Shown here in pieces: positions 9,428 through 18,686 of a stretch of DNA of 64,000 nt. The stretch is taken from IMG/VR virus record IMGVR_UViG_3300025168_000036. One strand, 5' to 3'. Source of the DNA: a virus. The notes beneath the pieces are model-generated. The model did not search any database. It saw only the letters and a program-made list of their open reading frames with translations, and was not told the origin of the DNA. A program made the translations under genes and the position numbers. Position 1 is the first letter of the stretch, and each line of letters opens with the position of its first letter.

Positions 9428-9820
9428 TTATTTTTTACCTTTTTCTAAATAACTTTGCCACCAACCTGCTGTTAAGAATATAGCAGTAAAGCTAACAAAC
9501 ATATACAATACAAACCAAGGAGTATATGTTATATCACCATGCCATATAACTGGTGTTGCCATAAGTGCCATCCATGCAATAAAGAATAGCAAAGGATTTC
9601 TCTCTAACTTCTTTTCTACCTTAACAGTTCTTTCTGTATTGATTAATCTAGATAATGCATCTTGCATATCTGTACCATAGGCTGGTTGCTTATGGATTGT
9701 TCCGTCCTTTTCCGCAATCGTAATCATATACTTACAATATCCTTTGTGAGTTTTTGACTTTTCAAGAAGCTCACAATCAATAGCTCTTCTTCTTTCGTAT
9801 TTACTTTTCATTTTTACCAT
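9428..9820 (-). CDS. hypothetical membrane protein
   Basis: two C-terminal TM helices. Confidence 0.6.
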   Translation of the reverse strand: MVKMKSKYERRRAIDCELLEKSKTHKGYCKYMITIAEKDGTIHKQPAYGTDMQDALSRLINTERTVKVEKKLERNPLLFFIAWMALMATPVIWHGDITYTPWFVLYMFVSFTAIFLTAGWWQSYLEKGKK

Positions 9821-9937
9821 AACTTTTTATTTTGTACATTACATATCCTACTACTGGTGTACCATATAATAGTGTTAACAAACTAGGATGAGGTTCACCA
9901 CACATTCCTGTTGCATGTTTTAGAAATTCTAACATAT

Positions 9938-12046
9938 TTATTTTTTTAAGAACATTAAATTAAGTGTTTTAGCTAATGGAAGTAATTGAGATACATTGAT
10001 TCCTTCAGCATCCTTTCCGTACATTTTTTTGAATGTTTCAGTACCATTTTTGGATGCATCAATCATGTAGCTAAGTATTTTGATACCTCTATCTCTCATT
10101 TTGTTAACCATTCCCCTGGTGTGATCAATTGCATAGTTACCATAGTATTCCATCCCCTGTCCATTAAACCAAGGTTCACCATCAGAGAAGTTAATAAAGT
10201 AGCTATCCATTTTGCTATTTCCTTCAACCATTTCCTTTTGGATAGCCTCGAAGCATAAGCCTTCCGGTGTTGTACCATTACAATCAATATATTTGAATAA
10301 ATTTTTAATTTTTGTAAACTTATCTTTTCTAGAATCATAAGCAATTAAGACACATGGTGTGTGTTCATTTCCAACATTTGTTGTTGTTCTGTATGATATT
10401 ACCACATCTAATCCTTGAATCATTGAGGCCGCCTTAGCGATTGCAACACAAGAAATTGTAGCCTTATCAAACCTATTACCAGACATAGAACCAGAAGCAT
10501 CTATTGATAGATGAACATGAGCATCATTAAAATTGGTTACAAATGTTTGTTCAAATACATTTTCATTTCCAAATCCTAGTGAAGCCAACAACCTTTTGTC
10601 AATTCTACCTTTATTAAGCCTAGAATTTTTAAGTGATGTTGATTCATTTCTAACTTGTAGCTTTTTTCCAAGCATAATACCAAGCTTGATACCTCTGTTA
10701 ACACTATCTTGGTACCTTTCCTGCCTCCATTCAGTAAATAGATCTGAATAAATATCTGAATCAATTAAACCTTTAGTTAGATTTTTAATAACTAATGTAT
10801 TAAAACCTTTATAGTTTTTTGTACCTCCCCATGGGTGGTCATAGTTACCTGCACCTGCATTAACCATTTCAGATCCAGATGCATCCATTGCATCAACTTT
10901 TTTTGCATCCTTTTTAGAAAGCTTTGACTTTTTAACATCTGCATTATTGAAGTCTTTTTGCTTTTGAATTTGCTTATCCAAAGACCTTTCCTGTTGAGGT
11001 GTAAGTGGTTTAACTGGTGTTGAAGATGAATTATTTCCACCTGTTTGTTGGCCACCTTTTGGTGTATTATCAAGGTTTGGTGTGTTGTCCTTAACATCTG
11101 TACCTTTTGCTTTTGAACCATCATCCGTAGCACCACCAGAAGGGCCTTGTTTAGGTTGTTGGCCTTGTTGACCATTTCCATTACAAGTACCTTGTTGACC
11201 ATTTCCATTACAAGTACCTTGTTTGCCTTGTTTTTTACCTTCCTTACCTTTTCCAGAACAATTTCCTGGTTTTGGTATTGTAGCCTCGATAGTGTTAAAC
11301 ATTGTAATTGCAACATTAAGAGCATCTGTAGTATGTCTTAACCTTTTGATATCTGATAGGTTAATGATATTCCATGCATCCCTAAGAGCTGGAAGAGTAT
11401 TTAGATTTCTGTTTGGATTTGCAAAATTACAAATATGGAATAAGTAGTCATCCCATTTTGTTGGATCGTTTTTGGCACCTTGTTTTAATGCCTTATCAAT
11501 AATAGAAGCATTAAAGTATTTGTCATACATAGAGTGATAGTAGCCTTTATAGCCTGGTGCATTTGTAAATATGTGATAGTCAATTCTTCTGTCTTCCACA
11601 ATGTTAAGGAGCTGTGAAACAATACCTTGAACTTTATGAGTTGCTGACCATTCATCCATGTCATATTTATCCATTATGGATTGTAGATCAATTCTTTTGT
11701 TTTCTTTATCCTGTATAATTTCAGTTATTCTTGGAAGAACACTGAAGTCTGTTAGCTTAATGTGACTACCTTCATGTAGTGCAAGACCAACAGTTGAATC
11801 AAAGTCCTTGTCCTTGATATTACTTGATATGACTACTGATTTGCCATCAGTGTAAGAGTCATTTCCAGAAGAGAATTTAACTGGGATTGAGTCACCAGTT
11901 GTGATATTAACAAAGTTTGATATAGCCCTACGGATACCTGATAGTTTGTGTAGGTCCTTACCAATTGTTAGTTTTTCACCTGTTAGAACATCATAATCGT
12001 CCTCAGTGTTGAGCCAGAATGATGAGTTGTTGTTTGTGTTTTTCAT
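9938..12046 (-). CDS. VWA (MIDAS) domain protein with N-terminal HExxH domain, likely MoxR partner
   Basis: LALHEGSH, NIVEDRRI, low-complexity linker, DASGSM and SDGEP MIDAS motifs. Confidence 0.88.
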   Translation of the reverse strand: MKNTNNNSSFWLNTEDDYDVLTGEKLTIGKDLHKLSGIRRAISNFVNITTGDSIPVKFSSGNDSYTDGKSVVISSNIKDKDFDSTVGLALHEGSHIKLTDFSVLPRITEIIQDKENKRIDLQSIMDKYDMDEWSATHKVQGIVSQLLNIVEDRRIDYHIFTNAPGYKGYYHSMYDKYFNASIIDKALKQGAKNDPTKWDDYLFHICNFANPNRNLNTLPALRDAWNIINLSDIKRLRHTTDALNVAITMFNTIEATIPKPGNCSGKGKEGKKQGKQGTCNGNGQQGTCNGNGQQGQQPKQGPSGGATDDGSKAKGTDVKDNTPNLDNTPKGGQQTGGNNSSSTPVKPLTPQQERSLDKQIQKQKDFNNADVKKSKLSKKDAKKVDAMDASGSEMVNAGAGNYDHPWGGTKNYKGFNTLVIKNLTKGLIDSDIYSDLFTEWRQERYQDSVNRGIKLGIMLGKKLQVRNESTSLKNSRLNKGRIDKRLLASLGFGNENVFEQTFVTNFNDAHVHLSIDASGSMSGNRFDKATISCVAIAKAASMIQGLDVVISYRTTTNVGNEHTPCVLIAYDSRKDKFTKIKNLFKYIDCNGTTPEGLCFEAIQKEMVEGNSKMDSYFINFSDGEPWFNGQGMEYYGNYAIDHTRGMVNKMRDRGIKILSYMIDASKNGTETFKKMYGKDAEGINVSQLLPLAKTLNLMFLKK
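11163..11223. repeat. 27-bp tandem duplication encoding QGTCNGNGQ x2
   Basis: exact repeat ccttgttgaccatttccattacaagta at 11163 and 11190. Confidence 0.9.
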
Positions 12047-12080
12047 ATATGAATTAATATTAGTTATTTATTTATATATA

Positions 12081-12155
12081 AATATAATCAAAATTAACGT
12101 AGGACTTAAATATTTTAACGTAAAGTTATTAACAATTTTACCAAAGTTATTAACA
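12081..12155 (-). promoter_or_regulatory. phage promoter with two TGTTAATAACTT boxes
   Basis: copy of the 3732-3805 element upstream of the VWA gene. Confidence 0.7.
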
Positions 12156-12239
12156 ATGTCTTTTATTCGAGTTCCTTGCGGTTTCATTTTGAAGTATTTA
12201 TAGTTAAATATAATCAATTTCTCGCAAGAAAAAAAATTT

Positions 12240-12464
12240 CTAACGAACTATTTTCAAACTATTTTCTACTTCCTTCCAAGAAGTATCACCATAAAACGCA
12301 TCTAATACAAGATCTACGTATTTCCCAGACCCTACGAATGCATCTACTTTATTGCATAACCCCTTTAGACCTTCTATACCTTCTTGTCTATACGTATTAA
12401 TTATTCGTTCATCATCTAAATATCTTTTATTAAATCCCATATATCTAGTTCTTGACGTTTTCAT
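12240..12464 (-). CDS. hypothetical protein
   Basis: ORF. Confidence 0.55.
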   Translation of the reverse strand: MKTSRTRYMGFNKRYLDDERIINTYRQEGIEGLKGLCNKVDAFVGSGKYVDLVLDAFYGDTSWKEVENSLKIVR

Positions 12465-12509
12465 AGATGACTTCTATGTCACCCCAAGTTGTAGTTGTTG
12501 TCCAGTATT

Positions 12510-12692
12510 TCATAAACAGTTTCTCCTTTTGCTGCAATAGCTTAATAGTGATTCCCATAAGTTTGTTTCACCGTATTTCTTTTTATATAACCATACCCAA
12601 TTGTATGCTGTACGTAGTTGAGGAAGTGTTTTACAACTTTTAATTATATCCATTCCTTTATTGTATGCTTTCATTTCCATTTTATTCTCCAA
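12510..12692 (-). CDS. hypothetical protein
   Basis: ORF; start uncertain. Confidence 0.45.
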   Translation of the reverse strand: MENKMEMKAYNKGMDIIKSCKTLPQLRTAYNWVWLYKKKYGETNLWESLLSYCSKRRNCL

Positions 12693-12762
12693 AAGAAAAA
12701 GGAGGGGACATTAAGCTACTGCTAGTAAGACTAGTTTAAGCTACCTATTCTCAGTCCCCTCC
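12691..12762 (-). terminator. structured terminator-like element
   Basis: GGAGGGGAC/GTCCCCTCC 9-bp stem enclosing 44 nt, followed by a U-rich tract on the minus strand. Confidence 0.55.
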
Positions 12763-12781
12763 AATTAATTATTAGTTAAAA

Positions 12782-13006
12782 CTATTTCTTCACGAAAAAT
12801 GACATTACAATTACTAATACAATCAATCCTACAAATCCACCTTCTCCAAGTGAGCTTACAAGAGCAGATAAGTTAGCAATTACATCCATTCCGAATACTG
12901 TTCCGCCTGTTAAGACAGTCCAAAGGATAGTTACTGGTAAAACTGCTATCATAATTGATAATAGCCCACCAAAAAACCCTGTTACGTATTTGATTACTGA
13001 ATCCAT
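12782..13006 (-). CDS. small hydrophobic membrane protein
   Basis: almost entirely hydrophobic, 2-3 TM helices. Confidence 0.7.
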   Translation of the reverse strand: MDSVIKYVTGFFGGLLSIMIAVLPVTILWTVLTGGTVFGMDVIANLSALVSSLGEGGFVGLIVLVIVMSFFVKK

Positions 13007-13075
13007 TTGTTTTCCTCTTTTCTTTTATTAATGGTTATTTGGCAAAATTGCCAGTTAGAGAGCTCGCTTATATTA

Positions 13076-13483
13076 TTAGAATCTAAACCCGAATCCTAAA
13101 GTAAGATTCGTAGTTTTTTCTCCTGTATTATAAACGATTTTTGGGTCCACATAGATATTACCTCTTAATGTGAACAACTTCCCAGCACCGATTACCATTC
13201 CATCTGTGCTAAGACCGTCTGTTGCTAAATAAGCAAAATATCCTTTTACAAAATATCTTGCATGAAAGTCCACTGCCATATCGACAGTAGAGTCAGCTTG
13301 TGAAACAGATGCACCTACCATAAGTTTATCAGTTACACCATAGCCAATTGTTGGTGATACAGACCATTCAGTCCATGCCACATTTGCAACGTCACCAGTA
13401 CCTACATACCAGTCGCCAGTTGTTTGTGCATTTGCTGCAGTAAAACCACATACTAATGCTAATGTTAAAATTAAATTTCTCAT
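13076..13483 (-). CDS. small outer-membrane beta-barrel protein
   Basis: signal peptide ending ANA-Q, alternating beta strands, C-terminal LGFGFRF BAM-type motif. Confidence 0.8.
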   Translation of the reverse strand: MRNLILTLALVCGFTAANAQTTGDWYVGTGDVANVAWTEWSVSPTIGYGVTDKLMVGASVSQADSTVDMAVDFHARYFVKGYFAYLATDGLSTDGMVIGAGKLFTLRGNIYVDPKIVYNTGEKTTNLTLGFGFRF

Positions 13484-13622
13484 ATAATTATCTCCTTATT
13501 TATTCTATTATGCCAAAATTGGCTAATTACCTTATAAAGGAGCTCTCCAACTTATTCCACACGAAAGTGTGCAATTCCTTTAAGTTATCTAATATAATAA
13601 AAATAATTGATAAAAAAAAATT

Positions 13623-13805
13623 TTAGTCAATTTTTATTACTATAGCGACATCTTGTTTATTACAATATTTTTCCTTGATTTTTCTTGCAGCCTTTATTGT
13701 GTCATCAAGTGAATCTGAGACATCTGCAATAAGATTATTACCTGTATCATCTTTTAGGTACGCAATATGTTCGCCTGTTTGTAGCTCTTTAATTTCTATT
13801 AACAT
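13623..13805 (-). CDS. hypothetical protein
   Basis: ORF. Confidence 0.5.
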   Translation of the reverse strand: MLIEIKELQTGEHIAYLKDDTGNNLIADVSDSLDDTIKAARKIKEKYCNKQDVAIVIKID

Positions 13806-14223
13806 ATTCTTCCCTTTTTTGTTTTAATTCCTCTAATCTATCGATGTAGAAGTTTAGGCATTTGTTATAAATATCATCCTCATAATAATACTTAACGTAT
13901 TCTATGGCTTTATTTTCCATAAATATTTCATGATCGTAATAGGCTTCATCCCTCCTAGCCTGTACTGCTTGGTGCATTCCATTATAGTGTATTATGTGAG
14001 CCCTTTCATGTCCAATAATATATGGTTCAATCCAAGAACCAAACTTTTTAATGAGATCTATATTAAGCCATATCTGCCTGCAAAAGCCTGCATAGTGTGT
14101 GCAACCAAATTTATTTTTAACAAATATGTGTGAATCTGGTAAGTATTCTAGATAAAATGTTTTATCATACTTACATATTAGCCTACCATCAATTGGTGAC
14201 TGTATATAACTCCATTCCTTCAT
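13789..14223 (-). CDS. putative zinc metallopeptidase-like protein
   Basis: IIGHERAH (HExxH) with downstream E..A. Confidence 0.55.
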   Translation of the reverse strand: MKEWSYIQSPIDGRLICKYDKTFYLEYLPDSHIFVKNKFGCTHYAGFCRQIWLNIDLIKKFGSWIEPYIIGHERAHIIHYNGMHQAVQARRDEAYYDHEIFMENKAIEYVKYYYEDDIYNKCLNFYIDRLEELKQKREEYVNRN

Positions 14224-14241
14224 TTTTATAACCTTTTAATT

Positions 14242-14430
14242 TTATTCCCACTGCCTATTGTATTTATCTCTTTGGTCTTGTAGGACATATTGTACTGAAT
14301 CATGGTGGCCACAATGTGGGCATCTTAGCTTATCCAAGTTCTTTGCTTCGTTTATCTTCCACTCTTCCTTACACTTTTCATTACTACACTGGTAGATAAA
14401 TGTATGCCTTATAAATACCTTATGACCCAT
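14242..14430 (-). CDS. zinc-ribbon protein
   Basis: CSNEKC and CPHC pairs. Confidence 0.6.
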   Translation of the reverse strand: MGHKVFIRHTFIYQCSNEKCKEEWKINEAKNLDKLRCPHCGHHDSVQYVLQDQRDKYNRQWE

Positions 14431-14953
14431 ACATGCGCTTTACGACATTACCGCCTTTCTTTAGCTTTCTTTCATAATATCCATCTTCTAAGTGCTTAAT
14501 AAATTTAGGGCCCACCATCTTTTCAATCTTCTTTTTATCCAAGACAACTGGTGCACCCTTAGATGACATAATCTGATCCATCTTCTTACTGCCTTCAAGA
14601 GAGTATCCAGTCTTTACCATTTTAACAACCTTCTTTACAACAAGAGACTTACTTAGTGAGCCTCCATCTGTTGCTAATAGCTTAACCCTTCTACCTCTTG
14701 TAAATATAAATGCATCTGGCATTGGGTCTTTATCTACATCTATTAACATTACCAATTCATACCCAGACTTTAATTCTGCAGCTGAAAATGCTGATAGTTG
14801 CATGCCTTGTGCTTGATATACTGCTTTATAATCCTTAAATATATTATCCAATATCTTGCTATCTATAGTAGAAAGCTTCTGTGTTATCCACTTCTTTTTT
14901 GGATGATTATTTAGATCATAATCTTCACCTAATATGTTGACAAGCTTAATCAT
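14420..14953 (-). CDS. putative internal virion protein (MIKLVNILGE leader)
   Basis: shared N-terminal motif; start set at the Met that gives the motif. Confidence 0.6.
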   Translation of the reverse strand: MIKLVNILGEDYDLNNHPKKKWITQKLSTIDSKILDNIFKDYKAVYQAQGMQLSAFSAAELKSGYELVMLIDVDKDPMPDAFIFTRGRRVKLLATDGGSLSKSLVVKKVVKMVKTGYSLEGSKKMDQIMSSKGAPVVLDKKKIEKMVGPKFIKHLEDGYYERKLKKGGNVVKRMYGS

Positions 14954-15528
14954 TACCACTTTTTACAAGACCAATAGCCTGCTGATGTTTTATCTTTCTT
15001 TTGATCACACTTATGTCTAGCCCTAAATGATCTTCTAGCTTCAGGATTGTCCTTTTTTATTCTTGCACCCTTCTGTCCAAAGTTCACCTTCTTAACACCC
15101 ATAGAGCCATCAGCATTCTTTTTGCCTGATGCAACATAAACCTTAAACTTTCCAACATCACCAGCCATAGGTTTGTTTAACTTAACCTTACGACCTTCAT
15201 ACTCAGCCTCAAGAATGGGACCTTCATTTGTTGCTTTGTGCATTGCTGTAAGATATTCCATGAAGCACTCCATTTCAGATTCCCTTACTAGTTCCTCATT
15301 TTCCTTTATCTTAACACACTTATCTTTACCATTTTTTGTACCAGCGTATCTATATCCATCCCAACATGCTTTTCCATCAGCGCCTTTTATTTTACCTTCA
15401 ATATCTAGAGTCTTTGGGTAGTCCTTGTCTCCAGGTTTTGCAGGTTTTTCACCACGCTTTCTCTTAGCATGTATGTTTGCCCATAAGCCTTTGTTCTTTT
15501 TTTCTTTTAATATCTTTTTTAACTTCAT
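14953..15528 (-). CDS. basic putative virion protein (MKLKKILKE leader; C-terminal RARHKC...GYWSC domain seen in T4-like phages)
   Basis: GKACWDGY module and ARRSFRARHKC...AGYWSCKKW; GGAGG SD. Confidence 0.65.
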   Translation of the reverse strand: MKLKKILKEKKNKGLWANIHAKRKRGEKPAKPGDKDYPKTLDIEGKIKGADGKACWDGYRYAGTKNGKDKCVKIKENEELVRESEMECFMEYLTAMHKATNEGPILEAEYEGRKVKLNKPMAGDVGKFKVYVASGKKNADGSMGVKKVNFGQKGARIKKDNPEARRSFRARHKCDQKKDKTSAGYWSCKKW

Positions 15529-15537
15529 TGTTGCCTC

Positions 15538-16851
15538 CTAGAATCTATCCAATTTATCTATTTTAGCCATTAACTTCTTAAACTCGGCTTTTTTCTTTTT
15601 ATATTCTTTTTCTAATTTAGCTATTTCCTTACCATATTTATCAGCAACCTTACCACCTTCTGGTTCAGCTTCCTGCTCCATATCCTTATGAGTTTGTGAT
15701 AAATCTTTAGCAATACTTCTCATATCATCTTCAAGGTCCATACTATCCATTCTCAGATTCTGTAGCTTATCAAAGTGCTTCCATAGAGATGTAGCTTCCT
15801 TAAGCTTTCCTATAAAACTTTTGCCTTCTTCTAATTTAGCTTCATTAAGATCAATTAGCTTATTGCCTGACTTTTTGATAATTAAGTTATCCTTTTTCAT
15901 CATTATTGCCAAAGCCCTACCAAAGTCTTTTCCTTGAGGTCCTTTATTAGGAATTCTGCTATATTCTTTTGCACTTTTATTAGCCCATGCTAACCATATC
16001 TGCCTTAGTGCAAGGAATGTATCAGTACCAGGATCTCTACCATTCCCTACAGACTTTAATATTATATTCTTTACAGCCTTTCTATTTTTATATACCCATT
16101 TCTTAAAGTCTAAATATGCAAACTCATTGGGTGTATCTTGAAACATTGGTTGGCCTTCGTTTACTGATTCTTCAACCTCGCCGTATTTATTAACTCTATT
16201 CATATTGATATCTGATACCCAGTAAGCAGTCATTCCGTGAGATGATTTTGGCCCTATATATTTTTCAGCATCTTTATAGCTTTTGAATACTTGAGGCTTT
16301 TTCCAATTTGACCCAGATGACTTAAGTATACCTTTACCTTGACCTCTACCCTTATTATACGTTACATAGAATTTAGCTTCTCTCATTTGATCTGGATCAG
16401 AAAACCCTTCATCAGGTAGTTCAGCTTCAGTATACATGTCTCTTTCAAATCCACTAGGTAAGTTATTCCACTTAGATTCAATGTATTCTTCTGCATCATC
16501 TGGGTCTTTAACAACAGTAAGTAGAGCATCATATTTTTCATCATCGCTCATCTTCTTCCACATATTCTTTGTGACTTTTTTTGCTTTTGCCTCATTAATA
16601 CTTTCTGTGTATAAATCTTTACCTTTATGTTTGCCTTTATACTTAACTGTAGATACTAATATAGGATGAAAACTCTTAGGGTTTGAGCCAAACTTAACAT
16701 ATGCAACCTGGCCTTTTACTTTATTTACCACACCAATCTCACCCATTGATTCTATGTGGTCACCCTTTTTAAGTTTAACCTCGGTCATCTTAAATGCCTT
16801 GCCGTATCCTGTAAATACTTGGCCTTGTTTTATATTTCCTGGTAGTTTCAC
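15538..16851 (-). CDS. multi-module putative internal head polyprotein
   Basis: repeated (I/V/L/M)xE-(A/G) junctions such as ESINEA, ESVNEG, DLNEA. Confidence 0.6.
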   Translation of the reverse strand: MKLPGNIKQGQVFTGYGKAFKMTEVKLKKGDHIESMGEIGVVNKVKGQVAYVKFGSNPKSFHPILVSTVKYKGKHKGKDLYTESINEAKAKKVTKNMWKKMSDDEKYDALLTVVKDPDDAEEYIESKWNNLPSGFERDMYTEAELPDEGFSDPDQMREAKFYVTYNKGRGQGKGILKSSGSNWKKPQVFKSYKDAEKYIGPKSSHGMTAYWVSDINMNRVNKYGEVEESVNEGQPMFQDTPNEFAYLDFKKWVYKNRKAVKNIILKSVGNGRDPGTDTFLALRQIWLAWANKSAKEYSRIPNKGPQGKDFGRALAIMMKKDNLIIKKSGNKLIDLNEAKLEEGKSFIGKLKEATSLWKHFDKLQNLRMDSMDLEDDMRSIAKDLSQTHKDMEQEAEPEGGKVADKYGKEIAKLEKEYKKKKAEFKKLMAKIDKLDRF

Positions 16852-17552
16852 TATTTTCTCCTTATCTCTAATTCTTTTTTAATCCATTTTTTGGCAATAT
16901 AGTTTTGAATTGGCCTTTTAACAAATTCCCTTGCTTTTGCTTTTACTATGTTTGCAAATTCTTTATATTCACTATTGTCAACAACAAGTATATTACTTGC
17001 ACCAAATAGAGACTGGAATTTACCTAAGTTCTGGTTAACTTCTTGCCAGGACTTTTTAACTAAATCTTCTGGTACAGTTCTTTCTCTTTCTGCATTTCTT
17101 TTTAATGCAACCTTAAGATCTGTATTTACATATACCATATAGCAGTCATAGCCTTGAGATTGTAGCATGCCTTTCATTTTTTGTATCTTATTATAATTCT
17201 TACCTGTACCATCAATTAACATTCCTAGCCTACTATTGATAAAGCCCTGCATTCTCTTAGCTGTGACTGATTTTGCCTTGCCTCTTAAGTTCATTGCATC
17301 TGCATGCTGATCTTTTGTAAGCTTTTCAAGATCCAGTGGCATTTTTGCTTTTTTCATATATGCCTCAAATGCCTGATCAGAGTTTACACCTTTTAATCCT
17401 TGTGATGAAACATAGGGCATCTTTTCTGGCATACCAAAAAGTGTAGATGCTGCATATGACTTTCCACTACCAGGGCCTCCAGCAGTAAATACTGCCTTAA
17501 ATATACCTGGATCGTATACACCTTCGCTTAATATGTCAGTTAACTTAATCAT
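16851..17552 (-). CDS. zeta-toxin-like P-loop kinase with MIKLTDILSE leader
   Basis: GGPGSGKS, VNSD, IDGTG, GY...V...ALKRNAER, RTVP motifs. Confidence 0.75.
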   Translation of the reverse strand: MIKLTDILSEGVYDPGIFKAVFTAGGPGSGKSYAASTLFGMPEKMPYVSSQGLKGVNSDQAFEAYMKKAKMPLDLEKLTKDQHADAMNLRGKAKSVTAKRMQGFINSRLGMLIDGTGKNYNKIQKMKGMLQSQGYDCYMVYVNTDLKVALKRNAERERTVPEDLVKKSWQEVNQNLGKFQSLFGASNILVVDNSEYKEFANIVKAKAREFVKRPIQNYIAKKWIKKELEIRRK

Positions 17553-17767
17553 TTTAACTTATTAATGAGCTCTTTGATAAACGGTTTTATATTATGAGAG
17601 CCATACTCATCTTTTATTATTGTTGCAACATCTGCTGCAAGATTCTTGTATGAATAGTTATCAGGGATTGCTTTAAGCATATTATCCTTGACACCTTCAC
17701 TAATTCTATGCAATTGCTTTGAGTGTTCTAATATCTTCATTTTATATACCTCATGTACTTTTTCCAA
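17549..17767 (-). CDS. hypothetical protein
   Basis: ORF; probable start at 17740 (MKILEH). Confidence 0.5.
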   Translation of the reverse strand: MEKVHEVYKMKILEHSKQLHRISEGVKDNMLKAIPDNYSYKNLAADVATIIKDEYGSHNIKPFIKELINKLK

Positions 17768-18159
17768 TTCTTTTCTGCACTTGTTGCTGCTTTTTCGTAA
17801 GGATGTGTTGCGTATGTATATTTACCTGAATCATATCCATCCTCAAACTTTTTTTTATTTTGTAATGAATGCGTATGCTCATGTAAAAGAGACCTTATTA
17901 CCTCCTCAATATTTTTTATAGCCGAACCATATAAATATATCTTCTTTAAGTCCCAGTCATATTGTGCATAAGGATTATTATCTTTCATTAAGTCATCAAT
18001 TGCAACTGCACCTAGTCTTTTATAGATATTATTATGTACTTCAACTTTTAACTCCCTGCCGCCTAAAGATCTTACTATATAAGGATACACACTATTAACA
18101 ACACCAATAATATCTTTTGTTGTCATTCTTTCTGATAATATGCTTTTTAGCTTAATCAT
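17737..18159 (-). CDS. HExxH metallopeptidase-like protein with MIKLKSILSE leader
   Basis: LLHEHTHSLQ and HPYEKAA motifs. Confidence 0.7.
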   Translation of the reverse strand: MIKLKSILSERMTTKDIIGVVNSVYPYIVRSLGGRELKVEVHNNIYKRLGAVAIDDLMKDNNPYAQYDWDLKKIYLYGSAIKNIEEVIRSLLHEHTHSLQNKKKFEDGYDSGKYTYATHPYEKAATSAEKNWKKYMRYIK

Positions 18160-18686
18160 CTTGGATATATTACTCCCATCAAATCATCTACTCTTAATAT
18201 AGCATTTATTTTATTACCAACGTGAAATGTTTCTTTTTCATTCTTACTTAAACCAACTTCCTTACCAACCTTATACAACCAGTTGGGATTTCCAACGAAA
18301 CTATTATCAACTTTAGCTACGATAATTGCAGGTGTCTTATTCTGTGATGATGCATTAAATTGTGAAAACTTCCTAGCTATAAACTCATCATAAGTGAATG
18401 ATTGAACTCCTCTTCTAGATTTATATGGTATTTTATAATACAAATATCTTTCTTCCACCTTTGAAGGTTTCATTTTCTTCAACATTTTTGTATCAACAAC
18501 TGTACCTCTGTATACTTCACCACTCTTTGGTTTTAATTCTTTAGGATAATCTGACTTTTTTTTATATAGAGACATGATTGTACTATCTATATTGGTTGAC
18601 CTTTCACCACCAGCTTTCATGTACTTCTTTAACATTTCAATTTCTTTTGAAATATCTTCATTTAATATGTCTGTTAGTCTAATCAT
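18156..18686 (-). CDS. ADP-ribosyltransferase-like protein (R-S-E clade) with MIRLTDILNE leader
   Basis: VYRG, QSFT....IARKF and EKE in the canonical order. Confidence 0.65.
   Translation of the reverse strand: MIRLTDILNEDISKEIEMLKKYMKAGGERSTNIDSTIMSLYKKKSDYPKELKPKSGEVYRGTVVDTKMLKKMKPSKVEERYLYYKIPYKSRRGVQSFTYDEFIARKFSQFNASSQNKTPAIIVAKVDNSFVGNPNWLYKVGKEVGLSKNEKETFHVGNKINAILRVDDLMGVIYPR

Noticed and set aside
10096-11325. Alternative-frame minus-strand ORFs inside the VWA gene (and similarly 23051-23254, 56933-57166, 63282-63506)
   Set aside because: Out-of-frame by-products within well-supported genes
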